A stretch of 64,000 nt of DNA from Escherichia coli. Its GTDB lineage: Bacteria > Pseudomonadota > Gammaproteobacteria > Enterobacterales > Enterobacteriaceae. The notes under the pieces are model-generated. The model made no database searches, was not told where the DNA came from, and was given only the letters and a program-made list of their open reading frames with translations. The translations under genes and the position numbers were made by a program. Shown here in pieces: positions 36,724 to 47,040 of the stretch; within the stretch, counting starts at the first letter, position 1, and each line of letters starts with the position of its first letter. The stretch lies in NCBI RefSeq assembly GCF_017348835.2, contig NZ_CP071375.1, one strand, 5' to 3'.

Positions 36724-36899
36724 GCTGTATTCCTTATTTGGACCATACAGATAGAGAAACCGGTACAGATGAGGCTAAAAAACCGGATGCAGATGCTGTT
36801 TTAACCTGTCTGTATGTTAAATAAAACTAATATTTGCATCTGTATTGTGAACTGCCAGAAGGCGGATGATGAAGCCTCTGAAAGATGAGGAGGCAGCAG

Positions 36900-37064
36900 A
36901 TGGAATTTCACGAAAACAAAGCCAAAACGCCGTTTATCAGACTTGTGCAACTCTGGCAGGCGGTGAGGCGTTGGCGGCGGCAAATGCAGACCCGACGGGT
37001 GTTACAGCAGATGAGTGATGAGCGGCTGAGGGATATCGGGTTACGCAGGGAGGATGTGGAGTGA
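36900..37064 (+). CDS. yjiS: Small DUF1127-family protein YjiS
   Basis: 54-aa ORF MEFHENKAKTPFIRLVQLWQAVRRWRRQMQTRRVLQQMSDERLRDIGLRREDVE; not in the track (below its length cutoff), found by reading the sequence. Confidence 0.75.
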   Translation: MEFHENKAKTPFIRLVQLWQAVRRWRRQMQTRRVLQQMSDERLRDIGLRREDVE

Positions 37065-37415
37065 ACTATGGGCGGCGTGTTGGCAAATGCTGCCTGTCTG
37101 CATTCAAAATTGCTACAAAATCCAACCATAAAAGTCGTTTACAACATATTTTTCTGATTTACATACAGATAATGACCTGAGCTGTCTCTCTGGGGGTCAT
37201 CATCTATGCGTCCGGGGGATCTGTCACAAAAAGGAATAGAACAAAATCATCAGCGGTGAATAAAGCGATTCGTTTTAGATCACATTAATGAAATTTTTGT
37301 ATCAAAAATTAGTTATCGCGCTCACAGTTCATAATGAAACAATTCTCTGCAAATAGATAACCGAAGCTTCGTTGCTAGTATCAATTCGCTAATTATACAC
37401 CTGCCAGAGGATACA

Positions 37416-39957
37416 ATGAAAAATAGAAATCGTATGATCGTGAACTGTGTTACTGCTTCCCTGATGTATTATTGGAGCTTACCTGCACTGGCTGAGCAGT
37501 CGTCAAGTGAGATAAAGATTGTTCGCGATGAATACGGCATGCCGCATATTTATGCCAATGATACATGGCACCTATTTTATGGCTATGGCTATGTAGTAGC
37601 ACAAGATCGCCTTTTTCAGATGGAAATGGCACGTCGCAGTACTCAAGGGACTGTCGCGGAAGTGCTTGGCAAAGATTTTGTGAAATTTGATAAAGATATC
37701 CGTCGTAACTACTGGCCGGATGCTATCCGGGCGCAAATTGATGCCCTTTCCCCAGAGGATATGTCCATTCTGCAAGGCTACGCTGATGGAATGAATGCCT
37801 GGATTGATAAGGTAAATACCAATCCAGAGACGCTCTTACCAAAACAGTTTAATACATTTGGCTTTACTCCTAAGCGCTGGGAACCGTTTGATGTCGCGAT
37901 GATATTTGTGGGCACCATGGCAAACCGCTTCTCTGATAGCACTAGCGAAATTGATAATCTGGCACTGCTAACGGCTTTAAAAGATAAATATGGTGTATCA
38001 CAAGGCATGGCGGTATTTAATCAGTTGAAATGGCTGGTAAACCCATCAGCGCCAACCACTATTGCCGTACAAGAGAGTAGCTACCCACTTAAATTTAATC
38101 AGCAAAACTCGCAAACAGCAGCTCTGTTGCCACGCTACGATTTACCTGCACCAATGCTTGACCGACCAGCAAAAGGGGCGGATGGCGCACTGCTGGCGTT
38201 AACAGCAGGGAAGAACCGGGAAACTATTGCTGCACAATTTGCACAGGGTGGTGCCAATGGTCTGGCGGGGTATCCAACGACCAGCAATATGTGGGTGATC
38301 GGCAAAAGCAAAGCCCAGGATGCGAAAGCAATCATGGTAAATGGTCCGCAGTTTGGCTGGTATGCGCCTGCGTATACTTATGGTATTGGTCTGCACGGTG
38401 CTGGTTATGATGTCACTGGCAATACACCATTTGCCTATCCTGGGCTGGTTTTTGGTCATAATGGTGTGATTTCCTGGGGATCAACGGCAGGTTTCGGCGA
38501 TGATGTCGATATTTTTGCTGAACGGCTGTCGGCAGAGAAACCAGGCTACTACTTGCATAATGGTAAGTGGGTGAAAATGTTAAGCCGTGAGGAAACCATT
38601 ACGGTGAAAAATGGTCAGGCAGAGACCTTTACTGTCTGGCGTACGGTGCATGGCAACATTCTCCAAACTGACCAGACGACACAAACGGCTTACGCTAAAT
38701 CCCGCGCATGGGATGGTAAAGAGGTGGCGTCTTTGCTGGCCTGGACTCATCAGATGAAGGCCAAAAATTGGCAGGAGTGGACACAGCAGGCAGCGAAACA
38801 AGCACTGACCATCAACTGGTACTATGCTGATGTAAACGGCAATATTGGTTATGTTCATACTGGTGCTTATCCAGATCGTCAATCAGGCCATGATCCGCGA
38901 TTACCCGTTCCTGGTACGGGAAAATGGGACTGGAAAGGGCTATTGCCTTTTGAAATGAACCCTAAGGTGTATAACCCCCTGTCGGGATATATTGCTAACT
39001 GGAACAATTCTCCCCAAAAAGATTATCCCGCTTCGGATCTGTTTGCCTTTTTGTGGGGGGGGGGCAGATCGCGTTACGGAGATCGACCGACTGCTTGAGC
39101 AAAAGCCACGCTTAACTGCTGATCAGGCATGGGATGTTATTCGCCAAACCAGTCGTAAGGATCTTAACCTGAGGCTTTTTTTACCTACTCTGCAAGCAGC
39201 GACATCTGGTTTGACACAGAGCGATCCGCGCCGTCAGTTGGTGGATACATTAACACGTTGGGATGGCATCAATTTGCTTAATGATGATGGTAAAACATGG
39301 CAGCAGCCAGGCTCTGCCATCCTGAACGTTTGGCTGACCAGTATGTTGAAGCGTACCGTAGTGGCTGCCGTACCTATGCCATTTGATAAGTGGTACAGCG
39401 CCAGTGGCTACGAAACAACCCAGGACGGCCCAACTGGTTCGCTGAATATAAGTGTTGGAGCAAAAATTTTGTATGAGGCGGTGCAGGGAGACAAATCACC
39501 AATCCCACAGGCGGTTGATCTGTTTGCTGGGAAACCACAGCAGGAGGTTGTGTTGGCTGCGCTGGAAGATACCTGGGAGACTCTTTCCAAACGCTATGGC
39601 AATAATGTGAGTAACTGGAAAACACCTGCAATGGCCTTAACGTTCTGGGCAAATAATTTCTTTGGTGTACCGCAGGCCGCAGCGGAAGAAACGCGTCATC
39701 AGGCGGAGTATCAAAACCGTGGAACAGAAAACGATATGATTGTTTTCTCACCAACGACAAGCGATCGTCCGGTGCTTGCCTGGGATGTGGTCGCACCCGG
39801 TCAGAGTGGGTTTATTGCTCCTGATGGAACAGTTGATAAGCACTATGAAGATCAGCTGAAAATGTACGAAAATTTTGGTCGTAAGTCGCTCTGGTTAACG
39901 AAGCAGGATGTGGAGGCGCATAAGGAGTCGCAGGAAGTGTTGCACGTTCAGAGATAA
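37416..39957 (+). pseudogene. pac: Penicillin G acylase (Ntn-hydrolase precursor), interrupted by a +1 frameshift in a G10 tract (or sequence error)
   Basis: ORF 37416..39098 (signal peptide, alpha subunit, spacer, start of beta subunit) and ORF 38992..39957 together make an ~846-aa precursor. Frames switch at GGGGGGGGGG (39055..39064); total 2542 nt is one more than a multiple of 3. Confidence 0.8.
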
Positions 39958-39970
39958 TTAAGCCCGAAAG

Positions 39971-39997
39971 CCCTCATATTCTGGAGGAATATGAGGG
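39971..39997. terminator. Inverted repeat between convergent pac and yjiA (putative terminator)
   Basis: CCCTCATATTC-TGGAG-GAATATGAGGG perfect 11-bp stem; no strong T-run. Confidence 0.35.
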
Positions 39998-40034
39998 TGA
40001 TAAAGTCTCAAGTATTGTGATGTTGGAGGGCTGG

Positions 40035-40991
40035 TTACTTTTTGAGTCCCGCAAACGCCGCCCGAATCTCATCCTCCGGCAACTGAATCCCGATAAACAC
40101 CATCGTGCTATGCGGTTTTTCATCGCCCCACGGGCGGTCCCAGTCGGCGCTGTAGAGGCGCTGGACGCCCTGGAACAGCAGGCTGTTAGGTTCGCCGTCA
40201 ATCCACAGCATCCCTTTGTAACGCAGCAGTTTATCCGCCGATTCCAGCAGCAGGTTTTCCATCACCCGGGAAACTTCGCTGATATCTACCGGGTAATCCA
40301 GTTCCACCACAATCGACGAAATATCGTTTTGTTTGTCCGCGATAAAATGGAAACGCGGTTTGGTGCTGACGACGTTTTCTTCCAGCATAAAACCGTTGGT
40401 GTTGAACAGCAGACCCAGGTCGATGTCGCCGTGGGTGACGGTGTAGACCGGTGCACGGGCGTTGATGCGTGCCAGACGTTCACGCAGTTTTTCTGCTTCG
40501 CCTGCGACGTCGGTTTTAGTCAGCAGAATACGGTCGGCGTAGCCCACCTGGGACTGGGCGATGGTGAACTGGTTCATCTGCTCATCGGCATGTACCGCAT
40601 CCACCAGCGCAATCACGCCGTCCAGCAGGTAGCGCTGGCATAAAATCTCATGGGAGAAAAAGGTTTGAATAATCGGGCCAGGATCGGCCATGCCGGTGCA
40701 TTCAATGACCAGACGATCGAACTGAATATTGCCCTTGTCGAGATTATCCAGCAGGTCGAGTAGCGCGTCCTCCAGCTCGTTGGAGCGCGAACAGCAGATG
40801 CAGCCGTTGGTCAGCGTTTTGATCTGCGTGGCGCGGTCGCCAATCAGTTGATCATCAACGGAGACTTCGCCGAATTCGTTTTCAATCACGGCAATCTTGT
40901 AGCCGTGTTGTTCATTAAGAATATGGCGCAGCAGGGTGGTTTTGCCCGCGCCTAAAAAACCGGTGAGTAGGGTAACTGCAATCGGGTTCAT
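40035..40991 (-). CDS. yjiA: GTP-binding protein YjiA (CobW/COG0523 family)
   Basis: ORF 40035..41075; ATG 40991 (MNPIAVTLLTGFLGAGKTTLL, P-loop) gives 318 aa. Confidence 0.85.
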   Translation of the reverse strand: MNPIAVTLLTGFLGAGKTTLLRHILNEQHGYKIAVIENEFGEVSVDDQLIGDRATQIKTLTNGCICCSRSNELEDALLDLLDNLDKGNIQFDRLVIECTGMADPGPIIQTFFSHEILCQRYLLDGVIALVDAVHADEQMNQFTIAQSQVGYADRILLTKTDVAGEAEKLRERLARINARAPVYTVTHGDIDLGLLFNTNGFMLEENVVSTKPRFHFIADKQNDISSIVVELDYPVDISEVSRVMENLLLESADKLLRYKGMLWIDGEPNSLLFQGVQRLYSADWDRPWGDEKPHSTMVFIGIQLPEDEIRAAFAGLKK

Positions 40992-41001
40992 GCTCTCTCC
41001 A

Positions 41002-41205
41002 TTAACAACAGCGCATACCGCCTTTACCATCGCCGCCGTAGCGCGCGTTCTGGCGTTCGCGGAAGAATTCTTCATAGCTCATGTACGGCTTGTCGGGATG
41101 GTTGGTCTTCATATGCTCGACGTAGTTGTCGTAGTCTGGAATGCCAATCAACATCTTCGCCGCCTGGCCGAGATATTTTTTTGCCTGTCCTAAGTTACCA
41201 AACAT
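41002..41205 (-). CDS. yjiX: Small protein YjiX (DUF466)
   Basis: 67-aa ORF immediately downstream of btsT. Confidence 0.8.
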
Positions 41206-41254
41206 AGTTCACTCTGATAAGAACAAAGCCCCGCCGAAGCGGGGCTAAACACGG

Positions 41255-43405
41255 TTAGTGGTGCGAAGAAATCTTCACGCCGCCTTCCGGGATTGGAACG
41301 TACGGAGTTTCTTTGTCAGTACGTTTGTCGCTGTTACGCACCGCAAGCCAGGTTTTGAAACCGTAGAAGATGATGCTGTACACCACAATCAGGAACAGAA
41401 TACTCAGGCCTGCGTTGGTGTAGTTGTTCACAACGATGTGGTTCATGTTGGCAATCTGCTGCGCCGTCAGGTCAGTACCGTTAGCAATCTTCTCTTTGTA
41501 CTGGCTTGCCATGTAGAAGAAGCCTTCCATCTGCGGGTTGGTGCTGAACAGTTTCAGGCCCAGCGCCCAGGTGGTGCAGATAAGCAGCCATACAGCCGGA
41601 ACAACAGTTACCCAGATGTATTGGGTGCGCTTCATCTTAATCAGCACAACGGTGCCCAGTACCAGCGCTACGGCTGCCAGCATCTGGTTGGAAATACCGA
41701 ACAGCGGCCACAGGCTCTTAACGCCGCCCAGCGGATCGACCACGCCCTGATACAGCAGGTAGCCCCACAGACCCACACAGCCCGCAGTACCGATGATACC
41801 AGCAACCAGAGAGTCGGTTTTTTTCAGGAACGGGATGAAGTTACCCAGCAGGTCCTGCAGCATAAAGCGGCCAGAACGGGTACCCGCATCCAGCGCGGTC
41901 AGGATGAACAGGGCTTCGAACAGAATACCGAAGTGATACCAGAAGCCCATGTCAGCCATCGGCAGCACTTTGTGGAACACGTGCGCGATACCTACCGCCA
42001 GTGTCGGCGCACCACCTGCACGGTTCAGGACAGAAGGCTCACCAATGTCTTTCGCGGTTTGCAGGATCTGCTCTGGCGAAATCACGAAGCCCCAGGAGCT
42101 GACGGTCGCCGCCGCGTGTGCGGTAACGTCTTTCAGCTGCGCCATGATGATCGGCGCGTTCTCGCCACCCATTTCATGCAGGTTAGGCATGGTGATGCCA
42201 AGGCCCGCAGGCGGGGTGTTCATCGCGAAGTAAAGACCCGGTTCGATGATGGACGCTGCAACCAGCGCCATAATCGCCACGAAGGACTCCATCAGCATTG
42301 CGCCGTAGCCAATGAAACGCGCGTCGGTTTCGTTAGCCAGCAGTTTCGGCGTCGTACCGGAAGAGATCAGCGCGTGGAAGCCAGATACCGCACCACAGGC
42401 GATGGTGATGAACAGGAACGGGAACAGAGCGCCTTTCCACAGCGGGCCAGTACCGTCAATGTACTGGGTCATCGCAGGCATTTTCAGTTCCGGGTTCAGC
42501 ACCACGATACCCAACGCTAGGCCGACGATAACGCCGATTTTCAGGAAGGTTGCCAGATAGTCGCGCGGTGCGAGGATCAGCCACACCGGCAGCAGTGCGG
42601 AAACAAACGCATAGCCAATCAGCGCGAAGGTAATGGTGGTGTCTTTAAAGGTCAGTGCCGGACCCCAGTACGGATCGTGAGCAATCACGCCACCGAAGTA
42701 GATAGAGGCAACCAGCAGCACGATACCGATTACAGAGACTTCACCCACACGCCCCGGACGGATAAAGCGCATGTAGATACCCATAAACAGCGCAATCGGT
42801 ACGGTTGAGCAAACGGTGAAGACACCCCACGGACTTTCTGCCAGGGCTTTAACCACAATCAGCGCCAGGACGGCAAGGATGATGATCATGATTAAGAAAC
42901 AGCCAAACAGCGCGATAGTCCCCGGTACTGGTCCCATCTCTTCTTTGATCATCTCACCGAGAGATGCGCCGTTACGGCGAGAGGAGATAAACAGCACCAT
43001 AAAGTCCTGTACCGCACCGGCCAGCACTACCCCCGCCAGCAGCCACAGCGTGCCGGGCAGGTAGCCCATCTGCGCGGCGAGAACCGGACCAACCAGCGGA
43101 CCAGCACCGGCGATAGCGGCGAAGTGGTGACCAAACAACACGTAACGGTTGGTCGGAACGTAGTTCAGACCGTCGTTGTTAATAACCGCAGGCGTCGCGC
43201 GCGTGGGGTCGAGTTTCATCACCTTCTGGGCGATATACAGACTGTAGTAGCGATACGCCACCAGATACACCGACACAGAGGCGACCACGATCCACAGGGC
43301 GCTGACGTGCTCCCCCCGACGTAATGCAACTACCGCGAGGCAGAATGCACCGATGATTCCGAGAATCACCCAGGGTATGTGCTTGAATAGTTTTTTCGTA
43401 TCCAT
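41255..43405 (-). CDS. btsT: Pyruvate/H+ symporter (CstA family)
   Basis: ORF 41255..43420; ATG 43405 (MDTKKLFKHIPWVILGIIGAF) gives 716 aa; btsT-yjiX-yjiA gene order. Confidence 0.85.
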   Translation of the reverse strand: MDTKKLFKHIPWVILGIIGAFCLAVVALRRGEHVSALWIVVASVSVYLVAYRYYSLYIAQKVMKLDPTRATPAVINNDGLNYVPTNRYVLFGHHFAAIAGAGPLVGPVLAAQMGYLPGTLWLLAGVVLAGAVQDFMVLFISSRRNGASLGEMIKEEMGPVPGTIALFGCFLIMIIILAVLALIVVKALAESPWGVFTVCSTVPIALFMGIYMRFIRPGRVGEVSVIGIVLLVASIYFGGVIAHDPYWGPALTFKDTTITFALIGYAFVSALLPVWLILAPRDYLATFLKIGVIVGLALGIVVLNPELKMPAMTQYIDGTGPLWKGALFPFLFITIACGAVSGFHALISSGTTPKLLANETDARFIGYGAMLMESFVAIMALVAASIIEPGLYFAMNTPPAGLGITMPNLHEMGGENAPIIMAQLKDVTAHAAATVSSWGFVISPEQILQTAKDIGEPSVLNRAGGAPTLAVGIAHVFHKVLPMADMGFWYHFGILFEALFILTALDAGTRSGRFMLQDLLGNFIPFLKKTDSLVAGIIGTAGCVGLWGYLLYQGVVDPLGGVKSLWPLFGISNQMLAAVALVLGTVVLIKMKRTQYIWVTVVPAVWLLICTTWALGLKLFSTNPQMEGFFYMASQYKEKIANGTDLTAQQIANMNHIVVNNYTNAGLSILFLIVVYSIIFYGFKTWLAVRNSDKRTDKETPYVPIPEGGVKISSHH

Positions 43406-43740
43406 AGTAAAACCTGGCATTTTACTCGTCGTCTTTTGGCTTACAGGTGCGGCAGCTGCGTTCGTTCACCCCTGTCACTTACTGTTATAAGCTCCCGGGG
43501 ATTCACTCACTTGCTGCCTTCCTGCAAACCAAAATCCATAGAGTAATTTGTTAATCATAGGCCGAAGCCGTTCTAGGTTTGCGTTGCGTTTGAGGAGGTA
43601 AATTGACCGCTATCCTGCAGTGATGTTGCCAGAGTTACGCACGCGTAAAGTAAGGTAAATAACTGAGTGGTTATTTTAGGGATGTAAGCGGTCAGGAATG
43701 GCGGTGAGCGGTTGGGTAAGAATTATTCATCGGGTGGATA

Positions 43741-43756
43741 TGTGATTGAGATCACA
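43741..43756. promoter_or_regulatory. Candidate CRP-binding site (TGTGA-N6-TCACA) upstream of btsT
   Basis: TGTGATTGAGATCACA, both half-sites perfect; ~340 bp upstream of the btsT start, beside the hpaC terminator. Confidence 0.5.
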
Positions 43757-43764
43757 ATAAAAAT

Positions 43765-43791
43765 GCCCCTTCGACGAATGCGTGAAGGGGC
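43765..43791 (-). terminator. Rho-independent terminator downstream of hpaC
   Basis: Stem GCCCCTTC / GAAGGGGC with 11-nt loop; followed on the minus strand by ATTTTTATT. Confidence 0.55.
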
Positions 43792-43797
43792 TGGAGC

Positions 43798-44310
43798 TTA
43801 AATCGCAGCTTCCATTTCCAGCATCACCGGATGGAAACGGCGTTTAAAGTAGATAAGTCCGTGACCTTCTGCACTGAGGATGATGTTTTTAATCTCCACC
43901 AGATACACCAGATGTGTGCCAATTGCCTGCACATCGCGGATCTCACCTTCAAGACTGGCCAGCGAACCTTTCAGCACCGGCTGTGCCAGCGGACCTTTTT
44001 GCCAGCATGAGAGGCTAAAACGCTCTTCCATCGCCATGCCTGTCATGCCCGCGAAGTGGCGGGCCATCAGCTCCTGCTCATGATTGAGGACGTTGACGCA
44101 CAACTTACCGTTGCCCTGAAAAACCGGGTTCATCGCACTGTTGGCGTTAATGCACACCATCAGCGACGGTGGTGTATCCGTGACCGAGCAGACAGCCGTT
44201 GCCGTAATCCCGCATTGTCCGGCGTCGCCCTCGGTGGTGATAATATTTACCGCTGCCGACAGGCTGGCCATCGCGTCACGAAAGCGCAGGCGTTGTTCAT
44301 CTAATTGCAT
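43798..44310 (-). CDS. hpaC: 4-hydroxyphenylacetate 3-monooxygenase, flavin reductase component
   Basis: 170-aa ORF; follows hpaB by 17 bp. Confidence 0.9.
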   Translation of the reverse strand: MQLDEQRLRFRDAMASLSAAVNIITTEGDAGQCGITATAVCSVTDTPPSLMVCINANSAMNPVFQGNGKLCVNVLNHEQELMARHFAGMTGMAMEERFSLSCWQKGPLAQPVLKGSLASLEGEIRDVQAIGTHLVYLVEIKNIILSAEGHGLIYFKRRFHPVMLEMEAAI

Positions 44311-44327
44311 CTTAACCTCCTGCTGCG

Positions 44328-45890
44328 TTATTTCAGCAGCTTATCCAGCATGTTGATATCGTCGTTGTTGTGCAGGTGAGGCACAGTCCAGCCGTTCTGG
44401 TCGTATTCCGACAGGCAGCGATCAACCATCGCCATCATCTTGTCCATATTGCCGGAGCTTTGTGCCTGGCGCAGACACTGCAGGCGAATCTCATCCTGGC
44501 TACCGGAGTAGTTGATTTCATACAGTTCGTGACGACCACCAAACTCGCTGCCAATGGCATCCCACATCAGTTTGAGGATCTTGATGCGCTGGACGTGATC
44601 CATACCGTTCGAACCGCGCACATACTTCGCCAGATACTGGTCGATCTGCGGATTGTTCAGGTCACGGGCACTGGAAGGGAGATAGATCAGGCCACTGGTA
44701 ACGTTGCGTTCGATAATGTTTTTGATCTTCGCGTAGGCCATTGGTGCCAGTACGCGATAGGTTTGTAGTGCGGCATGATCCGGTAAATAAGCCCCGTTGA
44801 CCCACGGCGTCGCTTCAGAACACATCGAGTCACTCAATGCCCAGAAGGTGTTGCGCCACGCCACCACTTCACCGAGATCGGCCTGCACACCACGGAACTC
44901 CAGGGTGCCGGTACATTCGAGTGATTTTTTCAGCAGTGCCGTAATGAAGTCGAGTTTCACTGCCAGGCGCACACAGGCTTGCAGAGGATACATACGGGCG
45001 AAACCGCCTTCCATCGTCCAGCGACGGCAGCGATCAAAATCGCGGTAGATCAGTACGTTTTCCCATGGGATCAGCACGTTATCCATCACCAGAATCGCAT
45101 CATTCTCATCAAAGCGGCTGGAGAGCGGGTAGTCGTACGGCGAGCCGGTAGCACCCGCGACCATCTCATAAGAGGCGCGGGAGATTAATTTCACGCCATC
45201 GGCATCCATTGGCGCAACGAACATCAGTGCGAAGTCCGGGTTTTCGCCCATCACTTGTGCCGAGCCGAAGCCAATCATGTTGTAGTGAGTCAGCGCCGAG
45301 TTGGTGGCAACCACTTTCGCACCGCTGACGATAATCCCGGCGTCAGTCTCTTTTTCCAGCTTGATGTAAACGTCTTTCACTTTATCGGTCGGCAAATGAC
45401 GATCGATCGGTGGGTTAACAATCGCGTGGTTAAAGTAGAGGCCAGTTTCCTGAATACGGGTGTACCAGTTACGGGCGTTCTGCTCGAACTGACCGTAAAA
45501 GCCCGGATTCGCGCCCAGTGCGCAACCGAAAGCAGCTTTGTAGTCTGGGGTACGGCCCATCCAGCCATAGCTCAGGCGTGACCACTCAGCGATGGCGTCG
45601 CGTTGCTGGCACAGGTCGTCGGCACTTTTCGCCACGCGGAAGAATTTATGGGTATAGCCGCCGCTGCCGGTGTCGGTGTTCCAACACAGAGAGTCCTGCA
45701 TCTCCGGTTTGTGCAGCGCGTCGTACAGTTGGGCAACAGACGCTGCCGCATTACGAAATGCCGGATGAGTGGTGACGTCTTTCACTCGCTCGCCATAGAT
45801 ATAGATCTCGCGACCATCCTGCAGGCTTTTCAGGTACTCTTCCCCGGTGAACGGACGTTGGGTACTGGCGCGGAAATCTTCTGGTTTCAT
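44328..45890 (-). CDS. hpaB: 4-hydroxyphenylacetate 3-monooxygenase, oxygenase component
   Basis: 520-aa ORF MKPEDFRASTQRPFTGEEYLKSLQDGREIYIYGERVKDVTTHPAFRN. Confidence 0.9.
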   Translation of the reverse strand: MKPEDFRASTQRPFTGEEYLKSLQDGREIYIYGERVKDVTTHPAFRNAAASVAQLYDALHKPEMQDSLCWNTDTGSGGYTHKFFRVAKSADDLCQQRDAIAEWSRLSYGWMGRTPDYKAAFGCALGANPGFYGQFEQNARNWYTRIQETGLYFNHAIVNPPIDRHLPTDKVKDVYIKLEKETDAGIIVSGAKVVATNSALTHYNMIGFGSAQVMGENPDFALMFVAPMDADGVKLISRASYEMVAGATGSPYDYPLSSRFDENDAILVMDNVLIPWENVLIYRDFDRCRRWTMEGGFARMYPLQACVRLAVKLDFITALLKKSLECTGTLEFRGVQADLGEVVAWRNTFWALSDSMCSEATPWVNGAYLPDHAALQTYRVLAPMAYAKIKNIIERNVTSGLIYLPSSARDLNNPQIDQYLAKYVRGSNGMDHVQRIKILKLMWDAIGSEFGGRHELYEINYSGSQDEIRLQCLRQAQSSGNMDKMMAMVDRCLSEYDQNGWTVPHLHNNDDINMLDKLLK

Positions 45891-46140
45891 ATCGACCTCT
45901 ACAGTATTAATCGGAATACGATTGTTAATTTTGTGTGTTGTTTTTGTTATTCAATTGAAGCTTGCAGGGACGATTACGGGAAGACACTTTTGGGACAATG
46001 GCTGGTACTTTTCAGGTCGGGTACGGTTTTGTGATCGCGGTCGCTTTTAGCGATTTTTGACGTTACTAAATCCCCTTGCTCCAGGCGGAGAAAGGGGAAT
46101 AGCAGGTGGTGCCTGGTTTCCCGTTAAGGCTAAGGGATTT

Positions 46141-47031
46141 TCACGTCACAGGTACTTTTTTGGCGCGATAAGCACTGGGCGAGCAACCGACTAAGCGATT
46201 AAAAAAGCGCGCAAAATAAGCCGGATCCTTAAAACCGAGTTGCCAGGCAATATTGTTCACGGCGTTATCAGAAAACAGCAGCAGCCGCTTGGCTTCTCGT
46301 AACTGCCTGTCGAAAATCAACCGTTTTGGCGGACGGTTGGCAAAGCGGCGGCAGATGTCCGTGAGTCGTGATTCGGTGATATGCAGTTCGTTAGCGTAAT
46401 CCGGTACTGTCCAGTGCTGATGAAAATGGCTTTCAATCAGCATATGAAAACGCTGGAACAGTTTTAATTCTCCGCGCATCCCGCTGGCGGCATGGTCGTC
46501 GAGTTTTGCATTACGCAGCAGTAGGGTGAACACTGCCTGTGCCAGTAACGTCAGGGTGTGTTCCCGTCCAGGCAGTTGTTCCACCGATTCCCGCTCTATC
46601 AGTTGCCAATAGTGTTCCAGCGCCGCCAGTTCGTCGGGTTTATCTGCCAGTGACAGGCAAATCCCCGGCAGGCCGAAGGTTTCCCGAGTGCCCGGATAAA
46701 GAACTTCCAGCAGGGGCCAGATCAGATCTTCCCGTACCGTCAACACATGACCGTCGGCGTCAGACTCCGTAATAAACGCATGAGGTACTGACGGCGGCGT
46801 CAGGACAAACAGGGGCGCTTCCACCGAGTAGCGATGATCGTCAAGCTGTAGCTCAATCTGTCCGCTATTGAGGAAATGCATCTGAAAGTACTGTTCGTGG
46901 CGATGTGGCAGCATATGGCGGCCAAAAAAGGCCGCCATGCGGGCGAAGGACTGATAATGCACATCGTCCGTGCCCAGGCTTTCATCGTACTCTTTGCTGA
47001 TATCAATATTGGCAATCTGACGGTCACACAT
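46141..47031 (-). CDS. hpaA: AraC/XylS-family activator of hpaBC
   Basis: 296-aa ORF with C-terminal AraC-type HTH (NIAWQLGFKDPAYFARFFNRLVGCSPSAYR). Confidence 0.85.
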   Translation of the reverse strand: MCDRQIANIDISKEYDESLGTDDVHYQSFARMAAFFGRHMLPHRHEQYFQMHFLNSGQIELQLDDHRYSVEAPLFVLTPPSVPHAFITESDADGHVLTVREDLIWPLLEVLYPGTRETFGLPGICLSLADKPDELAALEHYWQLIERESVEQLPGREHTLTLLAQAVFTLLLRNAKLDDHAASGMRGELKLFQRFHMLIESHFHQHWTVPDYANELHITESRLTDICRRFANRPPKRLIFDRQLREAKRLLLFSDNAVNNIAWQLGFKDPAYFARFFNRLVGCSPSAYRAKKVPVT

Positions 47032-47040
47032 CGTCGTTCC

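Noticed and set aside
41258..42520. 420-aa ORF antisense to btsT
   Set aside because: Completely embedded opposite the btsT coding frame; arginine-rich translation with no recognisable domain; antisense artefact.
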